Made by a program: the position numbers and the translations under genes | Notes under the pieces: model-generated | What the model saw: only the letters and a program-made list of their open reading frames with translations | Told to the model about the DNA's origin: nothing | The model's database searches: none | Assembly (NCBI GenBank): GCA_041612115.1 | Contig: JBFJJU010000001.1 | Span: 15,537-79,536 of the forward strand | DNA length: 64,000 nucleotides | DNA from: Perlucidibaca sp. | Lineage (GTDB): Bacteria; Pseudomonadota; Gammaproteobacteria; Pseudomonadales; Moraxellaceae | Reading direction: 5' to 3' | In this document: in pieces, positions 20,308 through 30,642 of the stretch | How the letters are laid out: each line of letters opens with the position of its first letter | How positions within the stretch are numbered: the stretch's first letter is position 1

Positions 20308-21162
20308 TTACAGATTTGGCATCAAAGTCAAATATCCGTCGCGAAAGCTCGGGTAACGCAACTCGTAGCCACTTCGCTGCAACGCCAAATTGCGAATACG
20401 CTTACCTTGGCTTGCGTTAGGCTCAATAGCTTTTTCTGGCGGTGCTGGCAACTCAAGCTGCTGCGCCAACCACGCCAATACCTCGTACTGTGGCGTTGGC
20501 GCATCATCCACACCAAGCAGCAATGGCTCAGTGTTATTACCAGCTAAGCTTTGCTGCACTAAGTGCACCACTAGACTCGCAGCATCGGCAACATGTAGGC
20601 GGTTAGTCCAACTTGGCGGGACCATTTGCACTGGCTTGGCTTCGCGCACCCAGCGCAATAATCGTTCGCGACCAGGCCCATACAAGCCACCTAAACGCAC
20701 AATGGTCGATGGCCATGGCGACTGCCGAACAATATCTTCTGCCTGCAATAATAGCTTAGCGGTGTCTCGCTTTGGCTGCGCGAGGGTCGTCTCATCAATC
20801 CATTCACCTGCATCCTCACCATAAACACCAGTAGATGACAGCCAAAATTGACGAATTAAGCGCTGACCATTTAGCGCCTGTTGCAATGCCCGAGCACCGC
20901 CGACATAGACTTGCTCATAGGCGGCCATACCAGACTCACTCGGCGCTAAGGCACTGATGACTACCGCTAAACCCAGTGGCAACTTTAGCGTCTCGGCGTT
21001 GGTAACATCGCCAGCAATCCACATCAGCTTGCCGCCATTAGCAAAACGCTGATCTTCCTGCGGCGTGCGGCGTAATGCCCACACTTCATGGCCTAGTTCA
21101 GCCAGCTCTGTCGCAATTCGACTGCCAACATCACCCGCACCGACGATTAATATCTTTGACAT
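20308..21162 (-). CDS. NAD-dependent epimerase/dehydratase (YeeZ-like atypical SDR)
   Basis: ILIVGAGDVG, SSTGVYG, RLGGLYGPGR, NRLHVAD. Confidence 0.85.
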   Translation of the reverse strand: MSKILIVGAGDVGSRIATELAELGHEVWALRRTPQEDQRFANGGKLMWIAGDVTNAETLKLPLGLAVVISALAPSESGMAAYEQVYVGGARALQQALNGQRLIRQFWLSSTGVYGEDAGEWIDETTLAQPKRDTAKLLLQAEDIVRQSPWPSTIVRLGGLYGPGRERLLRWVREAKPVQMVPPSWTNRLHVADAASLVVHLVQQSLAGNNTEPLLLGVDDAPTPQYEVLAWLAQQLELPAPPEKAIEPNASQGKRIRNLALQRSGYELRYPSFRDGYLTLMPNL

Positions 21163-21223
21163 AAGCTCAATCTTTGATAGTTTTTGGCTACATGCGACAT
21201 GCACGACACAGCCCAGAGAGATT

Positions 21224-22120
21224 ATGACCTTAACCGAGCTACGCTATCTCGTCACCTTGGCTCAAGAGCGCCACTTTGGCCGCGCCGCCGAGCGCTGCCA
21301 TGTCGCGCAGCCAACGCTATCTGTTGCGGTAAAAAAACTCGAAGATTCGCTTGGTCTAAGCCTGTTTGAGCGCCATCGCCATGGCGTGCTGATGACACCT
21401 GCCGCCGAGGCTCTCATTGCTCAAGCTCATGTGGTGCTTGCCGAGGCAGACAAGCTCGAAGCCATGGCAGATCAGTCGCGCGATGAATTTGCCGAACCTT
21501 TACGCTTAGGTGCAATTTTTACCGTTGGCCCCTATTTATTCCCGTCTCTCGTGCGCCACATGAAGCATGAGACCAGCCCGCTGAAACTGTATTTAGAAGA
21601 AAACTACACCCATGTGCTCGCGGAGCGTTTAGCGCGCGGCGAGCTCGATGCCATTATTGTGGCGATGCCTTTTGAGCCACCAGAAACCCGCGTCACAGCA
21701 CTATTCGACGAGCCTTTTCAATTATTACTGCCGCGGGATCATGCGCTTACAAGCAGAAAAATAATTCCCGCCGATGTCCTCAGCACTAGCCCCGTGCTGA
21801 TGCTTGGCGAAGGCCATTGCTTCCGTGACCAAGTGCTTGAAACTTGCCAAGTAGGCCAAACTCCAGGCATCAATTCTGGCAGCTCACTGATGACTTTGCG
21901 CCATATGGTGGCATCGGGGCTGGGCATCACGCTTATTCCTGCCAGCGCCGAACAGCAATTGACCGATGATGAACTCACCACTCGGCCGATCATGCCTTGC
22001 CCGCACCGCCGTATTGTCTTGGCCAGTCGTCATCGATTTTCACGGCCGCGCGCCCTGCAAGAACTAGTGCGCGCCTTGCAAGACTTGGACTTGCCCGGCA
22101 CCACTGCGGTGCATCGCTAA
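21224..22120 (+). CDS. oxyR: Hydrogen peroxide sensor, LysR family
   Basis: MTLTELRY HTH; GHCFRDQVLETC with both redox Cys; directly upstream of recG as in Pseudomonas. Confidence 0.92.
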   Translation: MTLTELRYLVTLAQERHFGRAAERCHVAQPTLSVAVKKLEDSLGLSLFERHRHGVLMTPAAEALIAQAHVVLAEADKLEAMADQSRDEFAEPLRLGAIFTVGPYLFPSLVRHMKHETSPLKLYLEENYTHVLAERLARGELDAIIVAMPFEPPETRVTALFDEPFQLLLPRDHALTSRKIIPADVLSTSPVLMLGEGHCFRDQVLETCQVGQTPGINSGSSLMTLRHMVASGLGITLIPASAEQQLTDDELTTRPIMPCPHRRIVLASRHRFSRPRALQELVRALQDLDLPGTTAVHR

Positions 22121-22122
22121 GC

Positions 22123-24225
22123 GTGGGCACGGCTGTAAATGCACCGCTTTCGGCGCTACACGAGCGCCCGATCGCTTGCTTGCGCGGCGTCGGCCCTGCC
22201 TTAGCTGATCGGCTAAAGCGACTTGGCATCAACACCGTGCAAGATCTGTTATTTACCTTGCCACGACACTATGAAGATCGCACGCAACGCACGGCCTTAG
22301 GCTCATTAATTCCTGGCATGACGGCCTTAGTCGAGGCTGAGGTTATGCTCGCGGACATCACTCAAAGCCGGCGACGAGCGCTCTTGGTTCGTCTGCGCGA
22401 TGGTAGTGGCGGTCTAACATTACGTTTCTATCATTTTCGCACATCGCAGAAAGACAGCTATAGCAAAGGTCAGCGTCTGCGCGTTTTTGGCGAAGTACGA
22501 GCAGGGCCTGCGGGGCCGGAAATGATTCATCCTGAGGTCGAATGGCTAGCCGGCGCAGAGACAGTGAGCGATGATGACGCGCGCCTGAATGACCATCTCA
22601 CGCCAATCTACCCATTGGTTGATGGACTCACGCAACGGCGTATTCGCGAGCTGATGGCACGCGCACTGCCGCTGCTCAATGACGCTGTACTGATCGATAA
22701 ACTGCCCGCGCAACAGGCCGGCGGCTGGTCGTTAGCACAAGCACTGCACACCGTGCATGCGCCCACCGCCGACAACGACCGCCAAGCATTGCGAGATGGC
22801 CTACATCCGGCACAGCAACGCCTCGTGTTCGAAGAACTAGTTGCGCACCAAATGGGCCTGCTGCAACGCCGTGATCGCCAGCGTCACACTTCTGCGCCAG
22901 CCTTACGCTGCGATGATTTGCTGAGCCAGCAATTATTAGCCGCACTACCTTTTGCGCTCACCGATGCCCAGCAGCGCGTGGTGCATGAAATTCATCGTGA
23001 CCTAGGCCAAACTCGCGCCATGCTCAGACTCGTGCAAGGCGATGTCGGCGCTGGCAAGACCGTGGTTGCCGCGCTGGCCGCTTGCCCTGCGCTGGCCGCT
23101 GGCCTGCAAGTCGCCATCATGGCACCAACCGAAATTCTCGCCGAGCAACATCTGCTGCGCTTTCGCAGCTGGTTTGAGCCACTGGGCATTTCGGTCGGGT
23201 GGCTCTCAGGCAAACAAGCCGCCAAAGCCAGAACCACCTCACTCGCTGCCCTCGCCGATGCCAGCTGCCAGCTCGTCATTGGTACCCATGCGCTATTTCA
23301 AGACAGCGTGCAGTTTGCCCGCCTCGGGCTAGTCATCATCGATGAGCAACATCGCTTCGGCGTTGCGCAACGCCTGCAATTAGCCGAGAAAGGCCTGAGC
23401 GCGGGCTGGCTGCCGCATCAGCTGATCATGACTGCGACGCCGATTCCACGCACGTTAGCGATGAGTGCTTATGGTGATCTCGACACCTCCATCATCGATG
23501 CGCTCCCGCCAGGCCGCCAAGGCATCCAAACCGTGGTGCTTGCCAATACACGCCGCGACACCCTAGTTGAACGCATACGCCACCATGCCGCCAGTGGCCA
23601 GCAAGCGTATTGGGTTTGCACTCTCATTGAGCAGTCTGAGCAAATCCAAGCGCAAGCAGCCGAGGCAGCGATGACTGAGCTCAGCGCCGCGCTGCCCGAA
23701 TTGAACGTTGCGCTGGTGCACGGCCAGTTAAAAGCTGCCGAGAAAGCCGCTGTCATGGCTGAATTCGTCGCCGGCAACATCGCAGTTTTAGTCGCCACCA
23801 CCGTCATCGAAGTCGGTGTTGATGTGCCCAATGCCACATTGATGGTCATTGAAAATCCTGAGCGCTTAGGCCTGTCGCAGCTACATCAACTCCGTGGCCG
23901 TGTTGGCCGTGGCCAGCTCGCTAGCTTCTGCGTGCTGCTCTATCAAACTCCAGTGTCGGCACTAGCTCGCGAGCGCCTACAGATTTTACGTGACAGCCAA
24001 GACGGCTTTGTCATTGCCGAAAAAGACTTAGAGCTACGCGGCCCCGGCGAAGTATTAGGCACTCGGCAAACGGGCGATGTGCAATTTCGCCTCGCCGATT
24101 TAGTTCGCGATGCGGCACTCATTGTTCCAGCGCGTGCGCTAGCCGAACGCCTACATGGCCACGCAAACTACAACTATTTACTTAGTCGCTGGCTCAGCAA
24201 TGAAGGACACTACGCCTTGGCATAG
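22123..24225 (+). CDS. recG: ATP-dependent DNA helicase RecG (start approximate)
   Basis: QGDVGAGKT, DEQHRFGV, MTATPIPRTL, LHQLRGRVGRG, DLELRGPGE. Confidence 0.96.
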   Translation: MGTAVNAPLSALHERPIACLRGVGPALADRLKRLGINTVQDLLFTLPRHYEDRTQRTALGSLIPGMTALVEAEVMLADITQSRRRALLVRLRDGSGGLTLRFYHFRTSQKDSYSKGQRLRVFGEVRAGPAGPEMIHPEVEWLAGAETVSDDDARLNDHLTPIYPLVDGLTQRRIRELMARALPLLNDAVLIDKLPAQQAGGWSLAQALHTVHAPTADNDRQALRDGLHPAQQRLVFEELVAHQMGLLQRRDRQRHTSAPALRCDDLLSQQLLAALPFALTDAQQRVVHEIHRDLGQTRAMLRLVQGDVGAGKTVVAALAACPALAAGLQVAIMAPTEILAEQHLLRFRSWFEPLGISVGWLSGKQAAKARTTSLAALADASCQLVIGTHALFQDSVQFARLGLVIIDEQHRFGVAQRLQLAEKGLSAGWLPHQLIMTATPIPRTLAMSAYGDLDTSIIDALPPGRQGIQTVVLANTRRDTLVERIRHHAASGQQAYWVCTLIEQSEQIQAQAAEAAMTELSAALPELNVALVHGQLKAAEKAAVMAEFVAGNIAVLVATTVIEVGVDVPNATLMVIENPERLGLSQLHQLRGRVGRGQLASFCVLLYQTPVSALARERLQILRDSQDGFVIAEKDLELRGPGEVLGTRQTGDVQFRLADLVRDAALIVPARALAERLHGHANYNYLLSRWLSNEGHYALA

Positions 24226-24306
24226 CAGCTATACTCTTGTTTACTCACGCAATGCCCCATACTCTTCAATGGTCTTTGTGTTTTTGACTGTGTTCCGAGG
24301 TAATTT

Positions 24307-25098
24307 ATGTATTGGCTGCGTTTACGAAATGGCCTGTTTTTAAGCGTGTTGATGTTCAGTGGCCTGATCGATGCTGCGCCACGCGTAAGTACCAACAAAG
24401 TAGATGCCAGCCCGCGACAAATTCGCCAAGCGGCCATGACTGGCGCTGCCGATGCGCAATACAACTTGGGCGTGCTTTATTACAACGGCGATGGCGTGGT
24501 GCGAAATCGTATCAAAGCCGCAGAATGGTTTAGCTTGGCTGCTCGCCAAGGTCTAGCGCGTGCGCAATATAACTTAGGCGCACTTTACGCCAGCGGCAAT
24601 GGCGTCCCGCGCGATATTGATCTCGCTAATAGCTGGTTTCGCGCCGCCGCTGATCAAGACTACCCGCCCGCACTCTATGCCATCGGCATGGCGTACTACG
24701 AGGGCAACGGTGTCCCCGTCGATAGCAATCGTGCCGCCGTGCTTGTGCTGAAAGCCGCACAGCTAGGCTCATCATCGGCACAAAACAATATTGGCATCAT
24801 GTATGACCAAGGCATCGGCGTTAAACGCAATAAACGCAAAGCCGCTGAATGGTTTGAGCAGGCTGCCGACTCAGGCGTTTCAGAAGCCCAATTTAACCTC
24901 GCGCAAATGCTCTTAGTCGGCGATGGCATACGAAAAAACACGGCAAAAGGCTTGGCTTATATGACCGAGTCAGCGAACCGTGGCTACCCAAAGGCATTAC
25001 GCCGATTGGGCGAGATGTATCTCAATGGCGACTTTGTTGAAGTCGATGTGAACCGCGCCCGTGACCTGCTGTCAAAAGCCGCCGCTTCCGGCGGCTAA
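24307..25098 (+). CDS. Secreted Sel1-like repeat protein
   Basis: About six AQYNLG..Y..G.GV repeats after a signal-like N-terminus. Confidence 0.9.
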   Translation: MYWLRLRNGLFLSVLMFSGLIDAAPRVSTNKVDASPRQIRQAAMTGAADAQYNLGVLYYNGDGVVRNRIKAAEWFSLAARQGLARAQYNLGALYASGNGVPRDIDLANSWFRAAADQDYPPALYAIGMAYYEGNGVPVDSNRAAVLVLKAAQLGSSSAQNNIGIMYDQGIGVKRNKRKAAEWFEQAADSGVSEAQFNLAQMLLVGDGIRKNTAKGLAYMTESANRGYPKALRRLGEMYLNGDFVEVDVNRARDLLSKAAASGG

Positions 25099-25102
25099 TC
25101 AC

Positions 25103-26260
25103 TTACGCCAAGATTGGCGGCAAAGCCCGCGCCATCTCCATTTTGGTCTTCATGTCGCTGGCGAAGCTGCCAGTTAACGCAAAGCCCAAGAGCTGGCCAT
25201 CTTTCGCTAAAAAGCTGGCTTTGACATTATTGCCGTCTGCCTCAACCGCCCACGCACCCTCGGTGTTTGGCGCCACAGGTGACACCACAATTGGGCAAAT
25301 CGGCGTTTTGATTTGCACTGGCATGGCAGGATAGCTCACTACCGACTCTTCGCCAGCCAAGGTTTTTGCCAAAGCTCGCGCGCTGGCCATCAACGGCAAA
25401 ACGTACATCAGTACTTTGCCGTCGACTTCGGCGCAATCGCCAATGGCGTAAATGTTGGCATTGCTAGTGCGCAGATAGCGGTCGACACAAATGCCGCGCG
25501 CTACCTTCAAGCCAGCCACTTCCGCCAAGCCCAAGCGCGGGCGCAGACCAATCGCCGACAGCACGATATCGGCTTCGGCATGACGGCCATCCGCTAAGCT
25601 CACACGAATGCCCTTGCCGGCATGATTAGCGGCAGTGACATTGGCGCCATAGAGAAAATTCACGCCTAAGCCTTCTAGCCCGGCTGCAACTGCTTTCGAG
25701 GCACGCTCAGGCAGCAGCGTTGGCAATGGCCGACCCATAGGTTCAACCACCGTTACGCTATGGCCACTGGCAACTAAGTCATTGGCAAATTCGCAGCCAA
25801 TTAAGCCGCCGCCGATGATCAGCACGCGCTTCGCAGACTCACCGAGCTGCTCGCGAAATACCGCGTAATCGCCAAGGTCATTGACGCTCAATACGCTATC
25901 GCCAGCATCGCCGCCTAGCGGTGGGCGGAATACCTCGGCGCCTACCGCTAAGACTAAATCTTCGTAGGCCAACGCCTCGCCATTGACCGTGAGCGTTTTC
26001 GCCACAGGATCAATGCTCGACACCGCGCTTGCCACACGCACCTCAGCATTGAGCTGCTCGGCCATTTTTTCAGGCGATGCCATCGCCAAGTCATCGGGCG
26101 TTTTGGCCTTCGCCAAAGCATTCGACAACATGGGCTTGGAGTAGCTGCGCCCGTCATCCTGAGACAGGATAATTAGCGGGCGCTCCGTGTTGAGCTTGCG
26201 AAATTCGCGCGCCAACGTGTAGCCGGCCAAACCGGTTCCCAAGATAACGAGTGGGCGCAT
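25103..26260 (-). CDS. rubB: Rubredoxin-NAD(+) reductase
   Basis: ILGTGLAGY, YSKPMLS, IIGGGLIGCEFA, AIGDCAE; adjacent to rubredoxin. Confidence 0.9.
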   Translation of the reverse strand: MRPLVILGTGLAGYTLAREFRKLNTERPLIILSQDDGRSYSKPMLSNALAKAKTPDDLAMASPEKMAEQLNAEVRVASAVSSIDPVAKTLTVNGEALAYEDLVLAVGAEVFRPPLGGDAGDSVLSVNDLGDYAVFREQLGESAKRVLIIGGGLIGCEFANDLVASGHSVTVVEPMGRPLPTLLPERASKAVAAGLEGLGVNFLYGANVTAANHAGKGIRVSLADGRHAEADIVLSAIGLRPRLGLAEVAGLKVARGICVDRYLRTSNANIYAIGDCAEVDGKVLMYVLPLMASARALAKTLAGEESVVSYPAMPVQIKTPICPIVVSPVAPNTEGAWAVEADGNNVKASFLAKDGQLLGFALTGSFASDMKTKMEMARALPPILA

Positions 26261-26263
26261 GAC

Positions 26264-26428
26264 TTAGAGCTCCACCATTTCAAAATCTTCTTTACCAACG
26301 CCGCAGTCTGGGCAGACCCAGTCATCGGGGATGTCATTCCAGCTAGTGCCGGCAGGGATACCATCCCAAGGCATGCCAACCGCTTCGTCGTAAACAAATC
26401 CACAGACTATGCATTGCCACTTCTTCAT
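26264..26428 (-). CDS. rubA: Rubredoxin (54 aa; absent from the ORF track)
   Basis: Hand translation [54 protein letters not shown]; GAGG RBS. Confidence 0.95.
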   Translation of the reverse strand: MKKWQCIVCGFVYDEAVGMPWDGIPAGTSWNDIPDDWVCPDCGVGKEDFEMVEL

Positions 26429-26517
26429 AACTCACCTCATTATTGGATATCAACTTGCGCATTGGCCACAACGTAGCCAATGCGCCTAAACCATGTCAGC
26501 GCGCAATGTTACCGAAA

Positions 26518-26994
26518 TTAGCGCGCTTGTGCTGCTGCTAATGCCTCGCGGTAATGATTGGCGTGACGCTCTTCTACTTTAGTTAAAGCGGCGAAACGTT
26601 TCTCGGCCTTTTTCAGCGCGGCCTTAAACCATTCAGCGTGCTCTTTCGACTCAGCAATCTGCTCTTCAAACTCTTTCATGGCATCGGCCTGCTGCTCTTG
26701 CACTGCCGTATCGCGGAAGCCTGGGTACATCTCACTGTACTCATAGGTTTCACCGGCAATCGCCACCTCAAGCATTTTTGCCGGCGTCATCATGATCTTT
26801 GGATAGAGTAGATCCAAGTGGCCGAACGCGTGCTGAATCTCTTGTTTCGCCGTTTCTTCAAAGGCAACCGCTGTAGCTTCGTCGCCCATTTCGCGTGCTA
26901 ACTTTGCGAAATAGCTGTATTTCATAAAGGCCATGGACTCACCTGCAAAGGCGGCCTCTAAGTTCTTACCCGTAATGGTGATATCTAATTTCAT
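26518..26994 (-). CDS. rbr: Rubrerythrin-family ferritin-like protein
   Basis: NLEAAFAGES, EIQHA, GETYEYSEMYP, ESKEHA, VEERHA di-iron motifs. Confidence 0.88.
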   Translation of the reverse strand: MKLDITITGKNLEAAFAGESMAFMKYSYFAKLAREMGDEATAVAFEETAKQEIQHAFGHLDLLYPKIMMTPAKMLEVAIAGETYEYSEMYPGFRDTAVQEQQADAMKEFEEQIAESKEHAEWFKAALKKAEKRFAALTKVEERHANHYREALAAAQAR

Positions 26995-27097
26995 GTGATT
27001 ACGCTCCTCGTAAAATGTTGCGCCTTAGCGCTGCTTCAACAAGGCTAGGTTATGATAGCGGCCTGATTATGGCCAATGCGTTGGTCTAAAACTTTCG

Positions 27098-27112
27098 ATA
27101 GCTTTTTTCTAT
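27098..27112. promoter_or_regulatory. Candidate OxyR-type site ATAG-N7-CTAT between divergent rbr and ubiC
   Basis: ATAG-CTTTTTT-CTAT matches one half of the OxyR consensus. Confidence 0.55.
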
Positions 27113-27122
27113 TGCGATACTT

Positions 27123-27689
27123 ATGCAAAATAGCCCAAGCAAATGGACACATCCCCGCCATTGGCAGCAGGAGCCGCTAAAGCTTCGCCTGTCATCGCAG
27201 CGTGATTTGCGCTCTTGGCTAGCCGAGCCCGGCTCGCTCACCGCGCGGCTAAGCTCGCTGGCCCAGCACTCTGGTGGCGAGCTGCGAGTTGAGGTGATTT
27301 GCGAAGGCTGGGGCCTACCCAGTGCCGAAGAGGCACGCACCTTGAAACTACGTCGTGGCGAATTTGCCTGGATACGTGAAGTGGTTTTAATCGGCATCGA
27401 TACACCGTGGGTGCAAGCACGCTCAGTACTGCCGAGTCGCAGTCTAGGCGGCCTCAATCGCCGCCTGACTCGCTTGGGCAATCAAAGCTTGGGTAGCTTA
27501 TTGTTTCGCGACCCAGCCTTAGTGCGCGGCCCTATTCGCTATGCAAGGCTACAACTACCCACGCACGCTAGCGCAGTTTGGGCTCGGCGCTCGCGCTTTT
27601 TATTACGCGGGCAAGCCGTTCTAGTGGCGGAAGCTTTTCTTCCCGCCCTGTTGACCGCCAGCGCCCATACAGACACGATAAGCCCATGA
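27123..27689 (+). CDS. ubiC: Chorismate-pyruvate lyase
   Basis: GSLTARL, REVVL, WVQARSVLP, LGSLLF, WARRSRF, VAEAFLP. Confidence 0.92.
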   Translation: MQNSPSKWTHPRHWQQEPLKLRLSSQRDLRSWLAEPGSLTARLSSLAQHSGGELRVEVICEGWGLPSAEEARTLKLRRGEFAWIREVVLIGIDTPWVQARSVLPSRSLGGLNRRLTRLGNQSLGSLLFRDPALVRGPIRYARLQLPTHASAVWARRSRFLLRGQAVLVAEAFLPALLTASAHTDTISP

Positions 27690-28561
27690 TTTCACGCGAC
27701 CGCTTACCCGACTTTATCACCCTGATGCGCCTCGACCGGCCCATCGGCATTTGGCTATTGCTCTGGCCTACGCTCATCGCGCTATGGGTTGCCGGCGATG
27801 GCCATCCCGAGCCTATGATCGTGGCTATTTTTGTCGCCGGCGTAGTGCTCATGCGCTCAGCTGGTTGCGTTATCAACGACTATGCCGATCGCCATATCGA
27901 TGGCCAGGTTTGGCGCACCGCCGACCGACCCCTGGCTAGCGGCCGCATTCTTGGCAGCGAAGCCTTGATGCTCTTTGCCCTACTCGTCGCACTCAGCGCC
28001 TCGTTGCTTTTTTGGCTGCCAGTTCAGGTGTTTTATTGGTCCTTCGGAGCTCTAGGTTTAGCCGTGCTTTACCCGTTTATGAAGCGCGTCACCTACTTGC
28101 CGCAAGTGGTGCTTGGTGCCGCATTTTCATGGGCTATCCCGATGGCATTCGTCGCTCAAGGCCGCACGCCCGATGACCTGTGCTGGCTGCTCTACGCCGG
28201 CAATCTGGCATGGACTGTGGCTTACGACACGCAATACGCTATGGCTGATCGTGAGGATGACCTGAAGGCTGGCGTAAAATCGACGGCTATTTTATTTGGC
28301 GACCTAGATCGTGTGGCCATCGCGGGCTTGCAGGCTTTTTGGTTAATTGCACTCGGCTTTATTGGCCATCAAATGCAATGGCCATGGCCCTGGTGGGCAG
28401 GCTTAACAGGCGTGCTCACATTGTTCATTTGGCAATGGCAAGTCACCGCCAGTCGCGACAAGCACCTCTGCCTTGCGGCGTTTAAACACAACCATTGGGT
28501 CGGTTTAGTTCTTTTTGTCGCCTTACTTATGGCATGGTTGCAAAAGTTGGCATTACCGTAG
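27686..28561 (+). CDS. ubiA: 4-hydroxybenzoate octaprenyltransferase
   Basis: RLDRPIG, GCVINDYADRHID, YDTQYAMADREDD; ATGA overlap with ubiC. Confidence 0.95.
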   Translation: MISRDRLPDFITLMRLDRPIGIWLLLWPTLIALWVAGDGHPEPMIVAIFVAGVVLMRSAGCVINDYADRHIDGQVWRTADRPLASGRILGSEALMLFALLVALSASLLFWLPVQVFYWSFGALGLAVLYPFMKRVTYLPQVVLGAAFSWAIPMAFVAQGRTPDDLCWLLYAGNLAWTVAYDTQYAMADREDDLKAGVKSTAILFGDLDRVAIAGLQAFWLIALGFIGHQMQWPWPWWAGLTGVLTLFIWQWQVTASRDKHLCLAAFKHNHWVGLVLFVALLMAWLQKLALP

Positions 28562-28590
28562 TCATTACATCGTCATATTTCTGTCATGTC
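28561..28590 (+). promoter_or_regulatory. Pho box upstream of phoB
   Basis: GTCAT at 28561, 28572 and 28583 (11-bp period), the last as CTGTCAT. Confidence 0.8.
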
Positions 28591-28636
28591 TTCACGTTGT
28601 AATACTGCTGTCATCTAAACCGATTCGAGACGTGTT

Positions 28637-29350
28637 ATGTCCAGCGATAAAATTCTGATTGTTGACGACGAAGCCGCCATCCGCGAAATGATTTCTATCG
28701 CCTTGGACTTAGCCGGCTATAGCTGCCTTGAGGCCGAAGATGCCTTGCAAGCTCACCACCTCGTTGTCGATGAACGCCCAGCCCTAATTTTATTGGACTG
28801 GATGTTGCCCGGCATGAGCGGCATTGAGCTAGCTCGGCGCCTCAAGCGCGATGAAAGTACGCGCGAAATTCCTATCATCATGCTTACCGCTCGCGGCGAA
28901 GAAGACCATAAGGTACAAGGCCTCGATGCCGGTGCCGATGACTATCTCACCAAGCCATTTTCAACGCGCGAGCTAGCCTCGCGAATCAAAGCGGTGCTGC
29001 GCCGCAGCAATGTTTTGCACCAAGAAAGCGCCATCGAAGCAGAAGGCCTGAAGCTTGATCCAGTGAGCCATCGTGTTAGCGCCGACGACAAATTAGTAGA
29101 AATGGGCCCAACAGAATATCGCCTACTCGCCTTCTTCATGAGCCACCCAGAACGCGCCTATACCCGCACGCAAATGCTTGATCAAGTCTGGGGCGGCAAT
29201 GTCTATGTAGAAGATCGCACCATCGACGTGCATATTCGCCGTTTGCGCAAAGCCCTAGAGCCTTTTGGCTATGACCGCTTCATTCAGACCGTGCGTGGTA
29301 CCGGCTATCGCTTTTCGGTACAGATGAGCGACAAGGCAGAGCCTGTGTGA
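28637..29350 (+). CDS. phoB: Phosphate regulon response regulator
   Basis: [53 protein letters not shown]. Confidence 0.96.
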   Translation: MSSDKILIVDDEAAIREMISIALDLAGYSCLEAEDALQAHHLVVDERPALILLDWMLPGMSGIELARRLKRDESTREIPIIMLTARGEEDHKVQGLDAGADDYLTKPFSTRELASRIKAVLRRSNVLHQESAIEAEGLKLDPVSHRVSADDKLVEMGPTEYRLLAFFMSHPERAYTRTQMLDQVWGGNVYVEDRTIDVHIRRLRKALEPFGYDRFIQTVRGTGYRFSVQMSDKAEPV

Positions 29351-30642
29351 GACGTGCGGTACTAGCTCGTGAATTGAAGAGCATTGCCTTAGGGAGCAGT
29401 ATTTGCCTCGGGCTAGGCTATATTGCCGGACACGCACTGCTCGGCCTGTGCGCGGCCTTGGCCTGGTTTCTATACCGCCAGCTCAAAGAGTTATCGCGCC
29501 TGCGCCATTGGCTACTCGCCACCGACCAAGATATCCCTGAAAGCGATGGTGCCTGGGATGATGTGTTCCGCGACATCTATTTATTACGCCGCGACGAACG
29601 TCGCGCACGCGACAGTCTGCTCAGCATCATCGATCGCGCGCGCTCATCAGTCTCCGCTCTCGATGAGGCCGTTGCCCTGATCGACAATCAGGGCAATTTA
29701 GAATGGTGGAACCCTGCCGCCGAAACCCTGCTTGGCTTCCGCCCCGAAGACCGAGGCCAAGCGGTTGTTAACCTTGTGCGCGCCCCTAGCTTTATTCGTT
29801 ACTTCAAACAAGGCACTTTTGACGAAGGCCTAAAAGTTGCCTCACAGCGCCATGCAGGCCGCCAGCTGCAATTTGAAATTACTCAATTTGGCGACAATGA
29901 CAGACTAATGATCGTCTACGACATCACTCGTTTGCATAATCTTGAGCAAATGCGCAAAGACTTTGTTGCCAATGTCTCGCATGAGCTGCGCACGCCGCTC
30001 ACCGTGCTCTCGGGCTACTTAGAGACTTTGCTTGATCAGCCCGAAGGTATCGAGCCACGATGGCTACGCGCGCTAGGGCAAATGTCACAACAAGCCACGC
30101 GCATGAATAATTTGGTCAATGATTTGCTGCTACTGTCACGTCTTGAAAATCAGCCGGAAGATCGTGAACCACACATTGTGAACGTTCCGAAATTACTCAA
30201 GCAGATTCACCACGATGCGCTAACGCTAGCTACACCTAAGCAGCAAACCGTCACCCTAGAGTGCGAATCTGACTTATGTATATTGGGCACAGAGACCGAT
30301 CTTCGCTCGGCATTTTCAAACCTCGTGACAAATGCCGTGAAATACACGCCCAACGCCGGCAACATTGATATCCGCTGGTGGAGTGATAGAAAAGGCGCGC
30401 ATTTCCGTGTCACTGACAATGGCTTAGGCATTGACCCGATACATCTACCCCGCCTAACCGAGCGCTTCTACCGCGCTGATGCCGCTCGCAGCACGGCCAC
30501 CGGTGGCACGGGCCTAGGGTTAGCCATCGTTAAGCACGTGCTCATGCAGCACAAAGCCACGCTCGATATTCAATCAGAACTCGGGCATGGCTCGCGCTTT
30601 AGCTGCTCGTTTCTACCAATGCACATCGAGCGCGAGCTTTAG
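29347..30642 (+). CDS. phoR: Phosphate regulon sensor kinase
   Basis: [46 protein letters not shown]. Confidence 0.95.
   Translation: MRRAVLARELKSIALGSSICLGLGYIAGHALLGLCAALAWFLYRQLKELSRLRHWLLATDQDIPESDGAWDDVFRDIYLLRRDERRARDSLLSIIDRARSSVSALDEAVALIDNQGNLEWWNPAAETLLGFRPEDRGQAVVNLVRAPSFIRYFKQGTFDEGLKVASQRHAGRQLQFEITQFGDNDRLMIVYDITRLHNLEQMRKDFVANVSHELRTPLTVLSGYLETLLDQPEGIEPRWLRALGQMSQQATRMNNLVNDLLLLSRLENQPEDREPHIVNVPKLLKQIHHDALTLATPKQQTVTLECESDLCILGTETDLRSAFSNLVTNAVKYTPNAGNIDIRWWSDRKGAHFRVTDNGLGIDPIHLPRLTERFYRADAARSTATGGTGLGLAIVKHVLMQHKATLDIQSELGHGSRFSCSFLPMHIEREL

Noticed and set aside
21065-21223. N-terminal extensions of oxyR (also recG, ubiA, rpoZ, uvrD) in the ORF track
   Set aside because: Upstream alternative starts overlap neighbours or lack an RBS; downstream starts match family N-termini.
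26173-26403. 76-aa minus-strand ORF from the track
   Set aside because: Wrong frame; the real gene is the 54-aa rubredoxin at 26264-26428.
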